DNA of 64,000 nucleotides from Epiperipatus broadwayi (Eukaryota > Animalia > Onychophora): contig JAQFVV010000005.1 of the NCBI GenBank assembly GCA_028023455.1, positions 4,898,001-4,962,000 on the forward strand, given 5' to 3'. The position numbers and the translations under genes are program-made. Positions 27,150 to 39,665 of this stretch are shown here, piece after piece (the stretch's first letter is position 1; each line of letters starts with the position of its first letter). The notes under the pieces are model-generated. The model did not search any database. It worked only from the letters and a program-made list of their open reading frames with translations, and had not been told where the DNA came from.

Positions 27150-27750
27150 TTGACTGAAATCTGTCTTTAACAGCATATCCAAGAACATTTGATTATAGAA
27201 GACAGATATAGGTTCTTTGCACTGACAAACGTACTGAAGTTGCTTTAGAGGTGGACATACATTAAGTTTTAAAAATGAATTTTATATATAAATTTATTTT
27301 TTATCAATTCCCCTTTTTGTGAATCAACATTGTGTGAAGTTTCCTTAAATAATGATTGTAAAGTTCTCCTGGATATTCATCTTAACCCCATATTTTTGTA
27401 TCTGAAAAATTTTTGATTGCATATAAATCTTATATTATCATTACAGATGATTTCATTATCCCCAATCTATATTTAGGCAATACTCTTTCACATTATATCT
27501 CACCATACTCTAAATCCTCTAGGATGTTTCAATTTTGCAATTAATCTATTAAATTTCAGACAATATAAGTCTTGCATAACTTTGGATTACTTCTTAGCAA
27601 CTTTTCAAATATTCATTGTTTCTCTATCCCTTTTCAATTGATATTCATCATCCACCATTATAATTTATTACTGATATAAATTATTCCATGACTTCATCTT
27701 TGCATATCATTGGAATTTTAAAAAAGATGACTATCTAGGTATATGCATGG
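27150..27750 (-). mobile_element. Highly decayed RTE-like RT fragment
   Basis: VMQDLYCLKFNRLI (resembles VRQGC.LSP.LFN) and KYGVKMNIQ (resembles KYGLKINI). Confidence 0.3.
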
Positions 27751-28049
27751 AGCTTGTCAATTTTAATTGTGATCTCTAAAGAGAAACCTCAATTAATTAA
27801 TTATTTTATTGAATTTTTCAATAAAGCTTTTATTACATTCAAATATCAATCAGCCTTTCAAGCCAATTGTGCATGCGCTTTGCGAGTGTTAATAATAAAT
27901 GAATACTTTCCCTTCCAATACAAGATATAGTATTCATGCAGGAATAAAATGAATCCACTTATTCCTACAACTCAAATGCTTATATATGAGCAAATCTGAA
28001 GTACTGGCAAGGAAAGCGTGAGGATAGATCACTCACTTTAAATTACTAT

Positions 28050-30065
28050 TTACGATGTCTGAATGAATGACGTCGGTGAAATTGTCTAGAATTTACTAAA
28101 GCTTTTAATCATGTTAAAATTTATTCACACCTAAAAAGTTTATTAAATAATCGTTTTCCCTCATGGTTTTCCAAATCACTTAAAAATAAATTCTATCATC
28201 ATATGCAATATATGATTTTTTACAATAACATTGTCAACTACAAAAGATTATCAAAGGTTATTTGTAATAGATATGGAGAATAAAACTATGGATAATCCTA
28301 AAAAATTCTGGCTGTTAGTTAGAAATTTGTGTGTCACTAAAAGAAAAATACAGCAGTCCATTTTTCTCAATATTTTTCAGAATTTTCTATAAAACCAGAA
28401 CATTGTAATGATCACATTTTCATCAAGAAAAATGTTGGAAAAATATTTCAGTCAATAAATTTACAAAATATGGTATTATGGCAACTATTAAACAACTAAA
28501 ATTGAATTCTAATCTGGGTCCAATAATATCCTCAATTTTCATTTATAAAGGTTATACCAAATATATCTCTTCTCCTCCATCATATTCTCAATTGTTGTAT
28601 AGCAAGCTCTACTTTCCTCAGAAAATTGCTAAAGTCATTGCTATCATTAAAAATGGAGATAATGATAAGGTCAATAATTATAAGCCCATTTCACTTTTGC
28701 ACAACAATGCAAGAATATTTGAAAGATGCATCTACAATGAAAAAAACCCATAATATCAGCAAATCATTGGCATCTGAGCAACATGGTTTTGTACCAAATA
28801 AATAAAATAGACTTGTTATTATTTACAATTATATTGCACATAGTGTTGAAGGACAAGGAGATTGGACGTTATCTATTTTAACGTGTCTAAAGCCTTTGAC
28901 AAAGTTGATAATAACATCTTTCTTACTAAAAGTTTAACAAACTAATTTGGTAGTTTGAACTCTTCATAAAAGCCAGCACAACCTTTGTGAAGCTTAATGG
29001 CCAATACCTTAACCGTATTATTGTTATATTGGAGTGCCTCAAGATAGTATTTTGGCTCCTTTATTTTTTGATGGATATATTATTGACCACAGAATTTGTC
29101 TACAATTCTTTCAACTTCTGTGTTATGCTTATGATTGCAAGATTTTCACACACATCTATCCATAATTGTATATTGCTTCAAAATGATATCAATAGTTTTT
29201 CTAAATGATGTAAAAAAAATGGAATAACAATCAACATAGATAAACATTCTTCTAAATCTAAGATTTCAATATTTTATTAATAATCTTAAAATAAACTCTG
29301 CTGACACCCTTAGGGATCTCGGAATCTTATTTTCCAGTGATGACTCCTTTGATCGTATATAGAATGAATAATCAATAAAGCCCTCAAGATAGTGAGAACT
29401 ATTCATAGACATGGTAATGTGTTTGAATACTCTTCCAAATATAAACTTTTTTTTTAAATTTTGATCAGTATTATGGAATCCATCTTCAAAAAGAGATATA
29501 AATAAAATACAATTAGTTTTCAAAAAGTTTTCTAAATTTTGTCACTTGAGGGATGATTGCAATTTATCTCTTTTGGTAAGAAGAGTTGGAGATATGAAAT
29601 GTTTATACAAATCCATTATCAAATATAACATTTCTTATAATAATGCTTTCAAAACTACATTTTAATTTTTGTCAATATATAACTTGTGCAATAACTATTT
29701 CTTTACTGAAGCTTGTAGATATAATATCTTGAAATTTTCTCCTACTTTTTGTCTTCTTAGTACTTATAATTTAGATTTTGTTAGTAAAAACCTTTTCTAT
29801 CTTGATATTAGTGAATTTTCAACTGTCTTAAAAAACCATATATAATATCTAATCTATATTATTAGTGATCTTCCTTTTTTTATTACCTTCTTTTGATTCC
29901 TTTGTCATATAATGTACTTTTTTTTATGTGGAATCCGGTTTAGCTTTTGAAATGTAGATATGTACATTAAATAATTGAATTGAGTTATTTTTTAAAATTT
30001 TGTTTATGCATACATATAAAAAAGTATCCGTCTTACATGTATATATGTGTTGTCAATAAATAATA
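28050..30065 (+). mobile_element. Decayed 5'-truncated CR1/Jockey-like LINE
   Basis: KVIAIIKNGDNDKVNNYKPISLL, EQHGFVP, VSKAFDKVD, GVPQDSILAPL and RDLGILF motifs across broken frames. Confidence 0.75.
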
Positions 30066-30369
30066 TGTATTCTACTTTAATCAGAATCTATCAACAAAAT
30101 GTGGTTTTTTTTATATACATTGAACATGCAGGGAGCCTGAAACAAAATATAGCGTAGTTTGTGGCTCCGAGTTGGGTACCTAAAGTTGATAATACTACGA
30201 TATTTAAAAAAGTAAATGTGGAAGAATATTCATTGAAGCAATTAAGATGTAGAATTGAATTCAAAAAGAAAAAAGCATTAAGCAGAAAAAATGGATACAT
30301 TTATGAAAATAACAAAATTATAATTTGAAGAAATAAAAATGAAGATAATAGACTGCAGTGTCAACTTAC

Positions 30370-30440
30370 TTGCGACTTTGTTCACTGGTCCTTAAAAGAA
30401 AGGTTTCAAAGGTTGCTTGTAAATTTGGTCCAACATCTCC
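30370..30440 (-). CDS. ATAD3: ATAD3-like exon
   Basis: tttttag|GGA...AA|gtaagt; 71 nt; GDVGPNLQATFETFLLRTSEQSRK versus [24 protein letters not shown]. Confidence 0.9.
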
Positions 30441-30840
30441 CTAAAAAAAAATTAAAATGCAATTTATCATGTGCTTCATCTAGTGAAAATATTCATAACC
30501 ATTTATGCCTTTATCTCAAATAGTATTTCGATGACTTTTATATTAACTTCTTTAACAGGATTATAAATATACATATTATATTGGACACCTATCACTAAAA
30601 ATATCTGTTACATCTTATTACAGAAACTGAATTAATTTCATTTATAAAAGCATTATTTTTTTTATTTAAAAAAATATTATCAAAGTTATGAGGGCAGCAT
30701 ATCTGATACTTGTCAATCAAAATGTAGTAATTTGCTATCTATATATTGTAACGGGCACATACGCCGTTACATTTTTTTAAAAAAAAAAATTAAACATGAA
30801 AAATAAAAGTTCGCAAATAAAAACTTTTTTTAAGAATTAA

Positions 30841-32524
30841 CTACTTCAGCTTCAAGCCGCCATATTGAACTTTTTAAAATAATGGCCTGAGACACAATTT
30901 TCATAATAACTTCAGTTTTAATTATGTTAGAACAAAAACAATTACATTGCTAGAAACTAGAAAAATTAAGAAAAACAATAAGAATAAAATAAATAGTGAT
31001 AACTATATAAAAAATAAGGAAAAAAAAGAAATTTTCACATTCGAAATAATTATTATTTTATTGTTTGCTCATAATTTGGAAATTAACTAAAATTCAAAAT
31101 TCATCTTCAGTGATAATTTCTTTCTATTCCTTACAAAATTATCTTTCTAAACATGTATAATATGTCTTACCTGAGATAATCCATAGCTTCACAATCTCCA
31201 AACAAAGTCGGATATGACTTGTTCATTTCTATCTTGTACCCCAAATGTTCTAAATGTCAAAGGTGTCTATAAAGAAAAAGATTCATCCTAATAAAAGATA
31301 CAAAAGAAATCATCATAGCAATTGGCTTCTTGTATGTCTAAAACTAGAAATTGTAGGCTACTTTCTATATCACTGATAAAATGAGTTTTATCTCTTCATT
31401 TTATATTTTTTGTGTGTACAATAGTGATGTTTATATTCATTGTGATCACCAATGATGTTTATATTCTTTATGCAGTGCACAAGTGATGTTTATATTTTTT
31501 ATGTACAGAAGTGATGCTATCTTGTTATATTTATTGTACTATAGATATAATTTATTTGCATATAATCTATAGACTTGAAAATAATGTTATGAAACATATA
31601 ACAAAAGCAAAGCATGATCAAGCATAAACATAAACAAGAATCAGAATTGGATTATATGTTTGTGTATGCAATGTCTGTCTGTATACATTTGTTTATTAGT
31701 CTTATAACTCATTGCTTGTAAACCATATAATATAAACATAATTAATGGTTTTCAAAAAGTATACTTTTTGAAAATCATTATTTTTATAAAAATAAGAGGA
31801 TTAGTGTACATAGAGCTTTAGAAAATTACGATATGAATTATATACTAATAAGTTAATTACGATATGAATTCTATATGAGTAAATATATAATTACAAACTA
31901 AATCACACTAATTTTTCGATAAATATGAATTCTATGTGGGCATAAATAAATGTATTACAAACTACCTTTAGAAAATTATGATAAATATGAATTCTATACG
32001 ACCATAAATATATAATTACACACACACCAATTTTTCGATAGATATGAATTGTATATGAGCATAAATAAATAAATATATAACTACAAATTAGCACACACTA
32101 ATTACAAACTAAAATTAATAAAAAATATATTTTTTCAAAAAATTAAAAAAAAAAATTAAAAAATTTTACTTACGAATAATTACGTTCTTAGTCTGTTGTA
32201 AGCCTTGTTTGAGAATAATACCGAAGAAAACTTCACTTGCAGCCGTAAAACATTTTATGTCTTTTATTGTTTCGTGATAAGTACAAAAATTACCAAAAAA
32301 AAAAAAAAATTAAATACTGTGGTTGATTAAAAAATTCGCCAAAAATCTAAATTTCGACCGATTTTTTTGAAATAAAGATCGTTTGAAAGCTAACATATAT
32401 AGCTAAAAACGGCCATATTTTCTTCGACGTCATCATTATACTTTTTATGTCAGCAAAGAAAGAAAATAGCACATCATCAAATGAGCACCGAAGGGCGCAA
32501 ATGACGCCGACAAACCGGAAGTAG
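30841..32524 (-). mobile_element. Non-autonomous DNA transposon, copy 2, inserted in the 5' LTR
   Basis: TTAA|CTACTTCAG ... CCGGAAGTAG|TTAA (also parsable as a TA TSD with a 1-bp longer TIR); removing it restores the 3' LTR sequence aattaaaaattgaaag; contains a degenerate ~60-bp minisatellite at 31820-32110. Confidence 0.88.
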
Positions 32525-35061
32525 TTAAAAATTGAAAGTTAAAAGTCATTTAAATCATATATATATAAAATCGCACAGATGAAAAATTACTAAAAGAAAA
32601 CTTTATTAAAAAAAAAGAAAAAGTTTTAAGACTAAATTTTCAGCAAAAGCTTAAAAGATTTAAAGATAAAAATAAATTAATTAATACTATTGTAAAATGG
32701 AAATGATTGTTTTAATTAGTTAAATGTAAGATAGCCCTTGGGCATTGCAGAAATGTATAAGCAACGGTCAGATAGGAGAGAAAAAAAACAATAGAAACTA
32801 ATAGCCAATAAAAGAAATCCCTCAGGAAACAGACCAGAATGAAAGGACCATCACCATCATCATGACGTAATGTCCACTGCATCCGGAAAATTAATATAAA
32901 AAGAAAAAGTTTGGAAATAAATATTAGGGAATGAAGAAAGAGCTGATTAAGAGAATCTAGAGATATGAAAGCAGAGGTGTGCTAGAGTTGAAGGAGAAGG
33001 GATTGGAAAGACGCACTATTCAATCCCTTCAGTTTTGCTAAAAAAAAAAGAAAGAAAGAGAAATGACCAATCGTTTTCTATATTGCAGACCACAGAACAT
33101 CGGGGGAATTAACGCTGGATCCCAAATGGCAAGCAACGGATAAAGATGAACTTTTTAAAACCGTAAGAACTTTGTGAACATTTTCAAAACAATAACTCTA
33201 AATTCTAAACCTTTCAGTATTTAATACAAATAGAATCTTATCTGACCAATGTAAATTAATATTAATAATGTTATTTGATGTATTTTTTTTTTAAAACATT
33301 TCCATTTAATTTTTTTTGTTCTTTTAAGTTTAATTATGATTTTTTTTTTTATTAAACAACTTGTAATAAATGTTAAATTTAAGTTGGGTATAGACGCTTG
33401 CATAGATTCGTTAGCGTTTAATTATGTTTTTATTTTCATATTTGATTAAAATATATAGACATTCGGTAAATAATGATACCTTACGTTGAGTATCTAAAAT
33501 GTATTTATTCGGATGTCTTTTAAGTTATTGGTGTCAATATGGCATCTTATGATGAATGCCATTGGGTTTCTTGTAAAATTTCCCTCTGCAATTCCATCAA
33601 TGACTTTATATTTTGATCATTTATGTTTATTTTGAAATGTTTTTAACCATGGAATCTATGTGGCCGATCTATACTCAACATTATAAAACAAATTTTTATA
33701 AAATTCACCTGTGCGAACTTATATAAATGTTAAATTTAAGTCGGGCGTGAATAGCTGCATAGATTTGTAAAGTTATATATGTTAGTTTAAGGGAGGGTAA
33801 TCTTGGGTTATTTGTTTCATAGTTAAATTGGGTCAATGGATTGAATATATTGGTGTAATTAGTAGATGTAGTATAAGATTCACTACATGCAGGATCTTAT
33901 CATATGCCGCACACCCCCTTTTTGCCTATGGAATGGGATCGTAGGTCGGCAAAAAGGACCGCAATCCCTTCCTATGGAGTTTTCTTTTTTTTTATTGTTC
34001 TTGCCAGACAGATGTGACATTCCTGTACTGGACAAGAAACAATGTCTTCTTAACCATGCTGTTCAGATGTACATTCTTGACAGTAGGATATTTGTGCTGT
34101 CGTATTCATACTGCATTGAATGCATCGATATATCAGATGGATTGACGTTGGTTTGGCTGCGAACCTTTGGCCTAAGGTTAAATCAGGGATAGAATATTTT
34201 CTTTTCAACTGCAATCTATGTAGTCTATTCATACTCGACACTTTACTAAAATATTAAATTCATCTGTGCGAACTTAGAAAATAAAGGTTTAAACATAAAT
34301 TAAATTCTAAAAAGCAAAGTAAAAATGTAAGTAAAATTTTAAAATAAAAATGATTAATATATATGTGCTCTGCGCAGTTAATGAAGCTATTAATAAATTG
34401 TCAAAATTTTTACTGCCAAGCGCTTTCGGGACAGTCTACAGTCCCATATTCATGGTGAGTTATTCTGTTAATAACTGTAAAACTATGCAAATTTTATGCA
34501 AATTTATATGCAGATGTTACGTGGACCATTTACGAGATAGGAAATAGCTGGCCTCTCTTCTGTTGATTGCCAATGGGTCAGCCACAATGAAGTAAGCTTC
34601 CCTAACTTTACGTTTGGTGTCGTTTGTTTCAGAGCAAATGACACTGGCTGTGGTAGGCACAGCACATATATATTAATTTATTTAAGCGTTAATGAAGTAA
34701 AATCTTAACTATTTCAATAAAAGTGATTCTAAAATGATTCAAAATCTTATATATGTTTAAATAAATGGTTGTGTGTGTTATTACTGGCAGTGGCTTCTTT
34801 TATTTTATTGTTTAAATATTAATATATTTTGAGAATATAAATCTTTATTAAAACTTATAAAAATGTTTTAAATCTCTGCTACTTCATGAGCTAGTAACAG
34901 TGGGCTAATGGTCGGACTAAATATATATGTAAAATAAGATCTTAACAGCACGTATCTGCCTACTCTATAAATTTTCTAGGTTCAAAGTAGCCTAGTGGCG
35001 CTCTGTAGTGTAGATACGGTAAGACTGGATTGATCTCGAGAAACTCTCCGATCGTTATAAT

Positions 35062-35079
35062 TGGCGCCCAACATGGAGC
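35062..35079 (+). promoter_or_regulatory. Primer-binding site complementary to the tRNA-Lys 3' end
   Basis: TGGCGCCCAACATGGAGC versus canonical Lys1,2 PBS TGGCGCCCAACGTGGGGC (16/18), 2 nt after the LTR end. Confidence 0.9.
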
Positions 35080-38000
35080 TGATGTTTAATAAACCACAAA
35101 TACTCAGAGTAATTTTTTTTTTCAAGATGAAATATTTTTATCTATTTACATAAAGTCGTATACTTTAAATCTTATAAAAGCACTGCCAGTCAGAAATAGC
35201 ACGTATATTAAAAATGAGAAAGAAAAGATATTAATAATTTTAAAGCTAATTTTTTTTAAAAAAAGTCAAAAGGTTGCAATTAATATCTTTGTTTTTTTGT
35301 TAATATATATTGTTTTAATGTGTATAGGCACGCACAGCCACGTAATATGATTGTAAATGTGGTACCTTACGATGAGTACTTTTTGGGAATTTACTTCAGA
35401 GTAACCCTATTTAAGCATTTCAATCAATCATAAATAAGTTGGTGGTATATATATTTGTACTGCAAATATACACGTATAAACCCATTATCCCTTAAAACAT
35501 ATTTACTTCAATGCAACCTCCTTAAATAAATAATTTGCTTGTCGTGCCATTTGTTAGAAATAAAATATAGAGAAAATAGAATTCTTGGGTGGAGGAGGCC
35601 AGGCGTAAACGTAGATGGTCCTTAGGAAAATGAGTCAACACTTTTTTTTGTATATAGACTTTTTGTAAAATTACTAACTGAATATTTTTGCAAATGTCTT
35701 CGTTAATCGTGTACCGTAATTTCTAACCCTAAGTAAAATTTTTTTTTTTTTTTTAAAGCAAGTTTACTGATATGTAACGGACACATATGCCGTTACATTA
35801 TTTTTTTTTTAAAAATTAAACATGAAAAATAAAAGTTCGCAAATAAAAACTTTTTTTAAAAATTAAAAATTGAAAGTTAAAAGTCATTTAAACCGTATAT
35901 ATATATATATAAAATCGCACAGATGAAAAATTACTAAAAGAAAACTTTATTTAAAAAAAAGAAAAAGTTTTAAGACTAAATTTTCAGCAAAAGCTTAAAA
36001 GATTTAAAGATAAAAATATATCTTTAAGAATGCACAATAAATTAATTAATGCTATTGTAAAATGGAAATGATTGTTTTAATTAGTTAAATGTAAGCTAGC
36101 CCTTGGGCACTGCAGAAATGTATAAGCAATGGTCAGATAAAAGAGAAAAAAAACAATAGAAACTAATAGCCAATAAAAGAAATCCCTCAGGAAACAGACC
36201 AGAATGAAAAGACCATCACCATCGTCATAACGTAATGTCCACTGAATCCGCAAAATTAATATAAAAAGAAAAAGTTTGAAATAAATATTAGGGAATGAAG
36301 AAAGAGCTGATTAAGAGAAGATAGAGATGTGAAAGCAGAGGTGTGCTAGATTTGAAGGAGAAGGGATTGGAAAGACGCACTCTTCAATCCCTTCAGTTTT
36401 GCTAAAAAAAAGAAAAGAGAAATGACCAATCGTTTTTTATATTGCGGACCACAGAACATCGGGGGAATTAACGCTGGATCCCAAATGGCAAGCAACAGAT
36501 AAAGATGAACTTTTTAAAACCGTAAGAACTTTGTGAACATTTTCAAAACAATAACTCTAAATTCTAAACCTTTCACTATTTAATACAAATATAATCCTAT
36601 CTGACCAACGTAAATTAATATTAATAATATTATTTGATGTATTTTTTTTTAAATCATTTCCATTTAATTTTTTTTGTCCTTTTAAGTTTAAGTATTATTT
36701 TTTTTTTATTAAACAACTTGTAATAAATGTTAAATTTAAGTTGGGTATAGACGCTTGCATAGATTCGTTAACGTTTAATTATGTTTTTGTTTTCATATTT
36801 GATTAAAATATATAGACATTCGGTAAATAATGATACCTTACGTTGACTATCTAAAATGTATTTATTCGGATGTCTTTTAAGTTATTGGTATCAATGCGGC
36901 ATCTTATGATGAATGCCACTGGGTTTCTTGTAAAATTTCCCTCTGCAATTCGATCAATGACTTTATATTTTGATCATTTATGTTTATTTTGAAATGTTTT
37001 TAACCATGAAATCTATGTGGCCGATCTATACTCAACATTATAAAACAAATTTTTATAAAATTCACCTGTGCGAACTTATATAAATGTTAAATTTAAGTCG
37101 GGCGTGAATAGCTGCATAGATTTGTAAAGTTATATATGTTAGTTTTGTTTCATAGTTAAATTGGGTCATTGGATTGGATATATTGGTGTAATTAGTAGAT
37201 GTAGTATGAGATTCGCTACGTGCAGGATCTTATCCATATGCCGCGCACCCCCTTTTTGCCTATGGAATGGGATCGTAAGTCGGCAAAAAGGACCGCAATC
37301 CCTTCCTATGGAGTTTTCTTTTTTTTTTGTTCTTCTTGCCAGACAGATGTGACATTCCTGTACTGGATAAGAAACAATGTCTTCTTAATCATGCTGTTCA
37401 GATGTACATTGCTGACAGTAGGATATTTGTGCTGTCGTATTCATACTGCATTGAATGCATCGATATATCAGATAGATTGACGTTGGTTTGGCTGCGAACC
37501 TTTGGCCTAAGGTTAAATCAGGTATAGAATATTTTCTTTTCAACTGCAATCTATGTAGTCTATTCATACTCGACACTTTAATAAAATATTAAATTCATCT
37601 GTGCGAACTTAGAAAATAAAAGTTTAAACATAAATTAAATTCTAAAAAGCAAAGTAAAAATGTAAGTTAAATTTTAAAGTAAAAATGATTCTAAAATGAT
37701 TCAAAATCTTATATATGTTTAAATAAATGGTTGTGTGTGTTATTACTGGCAGTGGCTTCTTTTATTTTATTGTTTAAATATTAATATATTTTGAGAATAT
37801 AAATCTTTATTAAAACTTATAAAAATGTTTTAAATCTCTGCTACTCCATGAGCTAGTGACAGTGGGCTAATGGTCGGAATAAAAATATATGTAAAATAAG
37901 ATCTTAACAGCACGTATCTGCCTACTCTATAAATTTTCTAGGTTCAAAGTAGCCTAGTGGCATTCTGTAGTGTAGATACGATAAGACTGGATTGATCTCG

Positions 38001-38135
38001 AGAAACTCCCCGATTGTTATAATATATATACTGAACAATGAATCAAAATATATAAAATGCGCTAACATGCACAAGCACACAAAGCTAAAAACAAATAAAG
38101 CAAATATATATTATTTTAATATCTATTCATTAAAT

Positions 38136-38176
38136 GGCTAAGCGCTTTCAAGGTTCAAGCCCCCACAATCATAGCC
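38136..38176 (-). ncRNA. Variant minimal type I hammerhead-like motif at the Penelope 3' end
   Basis: GGCT ATGATTG T GGGGG cttgaa CCTT GAA AGCGCT T AGCC: stem I GGCT/AGCC, palindromic stem III, core deviates (A3, U8, G9). Confidence 0.45.
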
Positions 38177-38234
38177 GTATTACAAAATATAATAAATTGA
38201 CTTGGAGTGATGCAAATTTATGCAAATGAAATAA

Positions 38235-39602
38235 TTATGCATTCCATTTCTTGGATATTTTGTAGCAAGAGTCTTTTCTATTGATGGCATCGCTATCTCT
38301 AGATATAAAGAAAGCTTCTTTTATCTTTCTTTTTAGATCATGCCGCTCTCTGCATACCACCACTGGATTTCCCGGTTGACAATCATGCCCAGCTGAAGCT
38401 CGGTGCTGCGCAAAAACTGAACTATGAGCAGTGTCCAACAAAGCTTTATTATAAGAATAAGTGTGTTGTGATAGCCTAGTGGAGAGAGAGGCCCTAGTCT
38501 CACCATAATATGATGATCTACAAAATTTTTCAGGGCAGGCAATATTATAGACCACTTGAGGTGTCAGCAAGGGTGGGAGGCAGTCTTTGGTATTATTAAT
38601 TAATTTGTTAGAGTTAGGAGGTGTGTGAAAACATAATTGGTATTTATTATTGAAAATATTATAAAAACATTTATGCATACTAGGCAGGTAAGGGAGTAGG
38701 AGTCTTTGCTTGTCAATGTTAGGGACTTTATCATTTATTTTAGCAAAAAACTGTTTTATCCTCCTGTCAATTACATTCACATCAAAAACAACTTTTATTA
38801 GGTCATCCCTATATGATGTGAGGTTAGCTTTTTTATCCGCCTCAAATTTACATAGGTGCATATTTCTAAACAAAAACGAGGTTAAGCCAGAGCGTTTGTG
38901 GTTAGTTGGTGAATTGGAAAGAGGGTGGGAGTGTCCTCTAACATCAAGGGGTTTGATTAGCATTTTATAATTAATATATGTGTGTTCTCGCTGTATATGT
39001 AGGTCCAGGTATTTAACTTGTTTATGGGCATTTTCATTCTCCAAGTTAAACGTAAGCCCTGTAGTGTTTTGAAGTTCATTTTTTATTTGTAGAATAATCG
39101 GAGAGGGAGCGGCTATGAAGATATCATCAACATATCTAGTGTATATGGATAGCAAGTTAGATTCTTGGCATCTTGGAATTATTTGCTTTTCAAAATAATT
39201 TAAAACTACACTTGAGATGATACCACTCATAGGGAGTCCCATTGGCCAACCGTCTTTCATATGAAACCACTGGTTGTGAAAGAATGCCATAATATTTTTA
39301 TCAAGCCAAGATAAAAAGTCTATAATAAAGTCAATTAGTGGCTGAGCTAAATTGTGGTTTATAAGTTCTTCTCTTACAATCTGAATAGATTTAGCCCTAC
39401 AAATGGAGCCGTATAATTCCGAAACATCAATAGTAGCTAATGTAGAGTCTGGGTTCAAAACTAGGTCTTTTATTTTTGAAACAAATTGAAATGACGAATT
39501 TATAGTATATGAACCGAATCCCAAAGCTTGAATGAACTGTCTGTTAACCCATTTCGCCGTATTGGAATAGTGTACTCCTCCAAAATCTAAAATAAGTCGC
39601 AA
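38235..39602 (-). mobile_element. Penelope-like element ORF (RT + GIY-YIG endonuclease), 5'-truncated
   Basis: 455 codons open; IPLRLIL, DVSELYGSI, GWPMGLPMS and YTRYVDDIF (RT); VVYNIACPEKFCRSSYYGETRASLSTRLSQH and RKIKEAFFI (GIY-YIG); an in-frame TGA lies just upstream and the track start is TTG, not ATG. Confidence 0.93.
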
Positions 39603-39623
39603 TGGAATATGTAAGAGAATGGA

Positions 39624-39665
39624 TCAACTGATGGGTGCTGATTCAGCACGAAATGTGTATCTTGG
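39624..39665 (+). ncRNA. Family-B hammerhead motif, slightly degenerate
   Basis: TCAA CTGATGG GTGCTG att CAGCAC GAAA TGTGTA TC TTGG; homologous with its flanks to 61052-61190. Confidence 0.6.

Larger units (their letters stand above)
30747..38021 (+). mobile_element. Non-coding LTR retrotransposon (LARD-like): 5' LTR 30747-35059 (interrupted), internal 35060-35772, 3' LTR 35773-38021
   Basis: Both LTRs start TGTAACGG and end GTTATA; highly similar direct repeats; ATAT(AT) flanks at 30741-30746 and 38022-38027; PBS immediately after the 5' LTR; no gag or pol inside. Confidence 0.9.

Noticed and set aside
31820-32110. Regularly spaced gatatgaatt motifs resembling a CRISPR-like array
   Set aside because: The spacers are similar to each other; it is a degenerate minisatellite inside a transposon in eukaryotic DNA.
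33887-34192. Plus-strand 101-aa ORF conserved in both LTRs
   Set aside because: Similarity is expected between sister LTRs, and the frame is broken in the 3' LTR.
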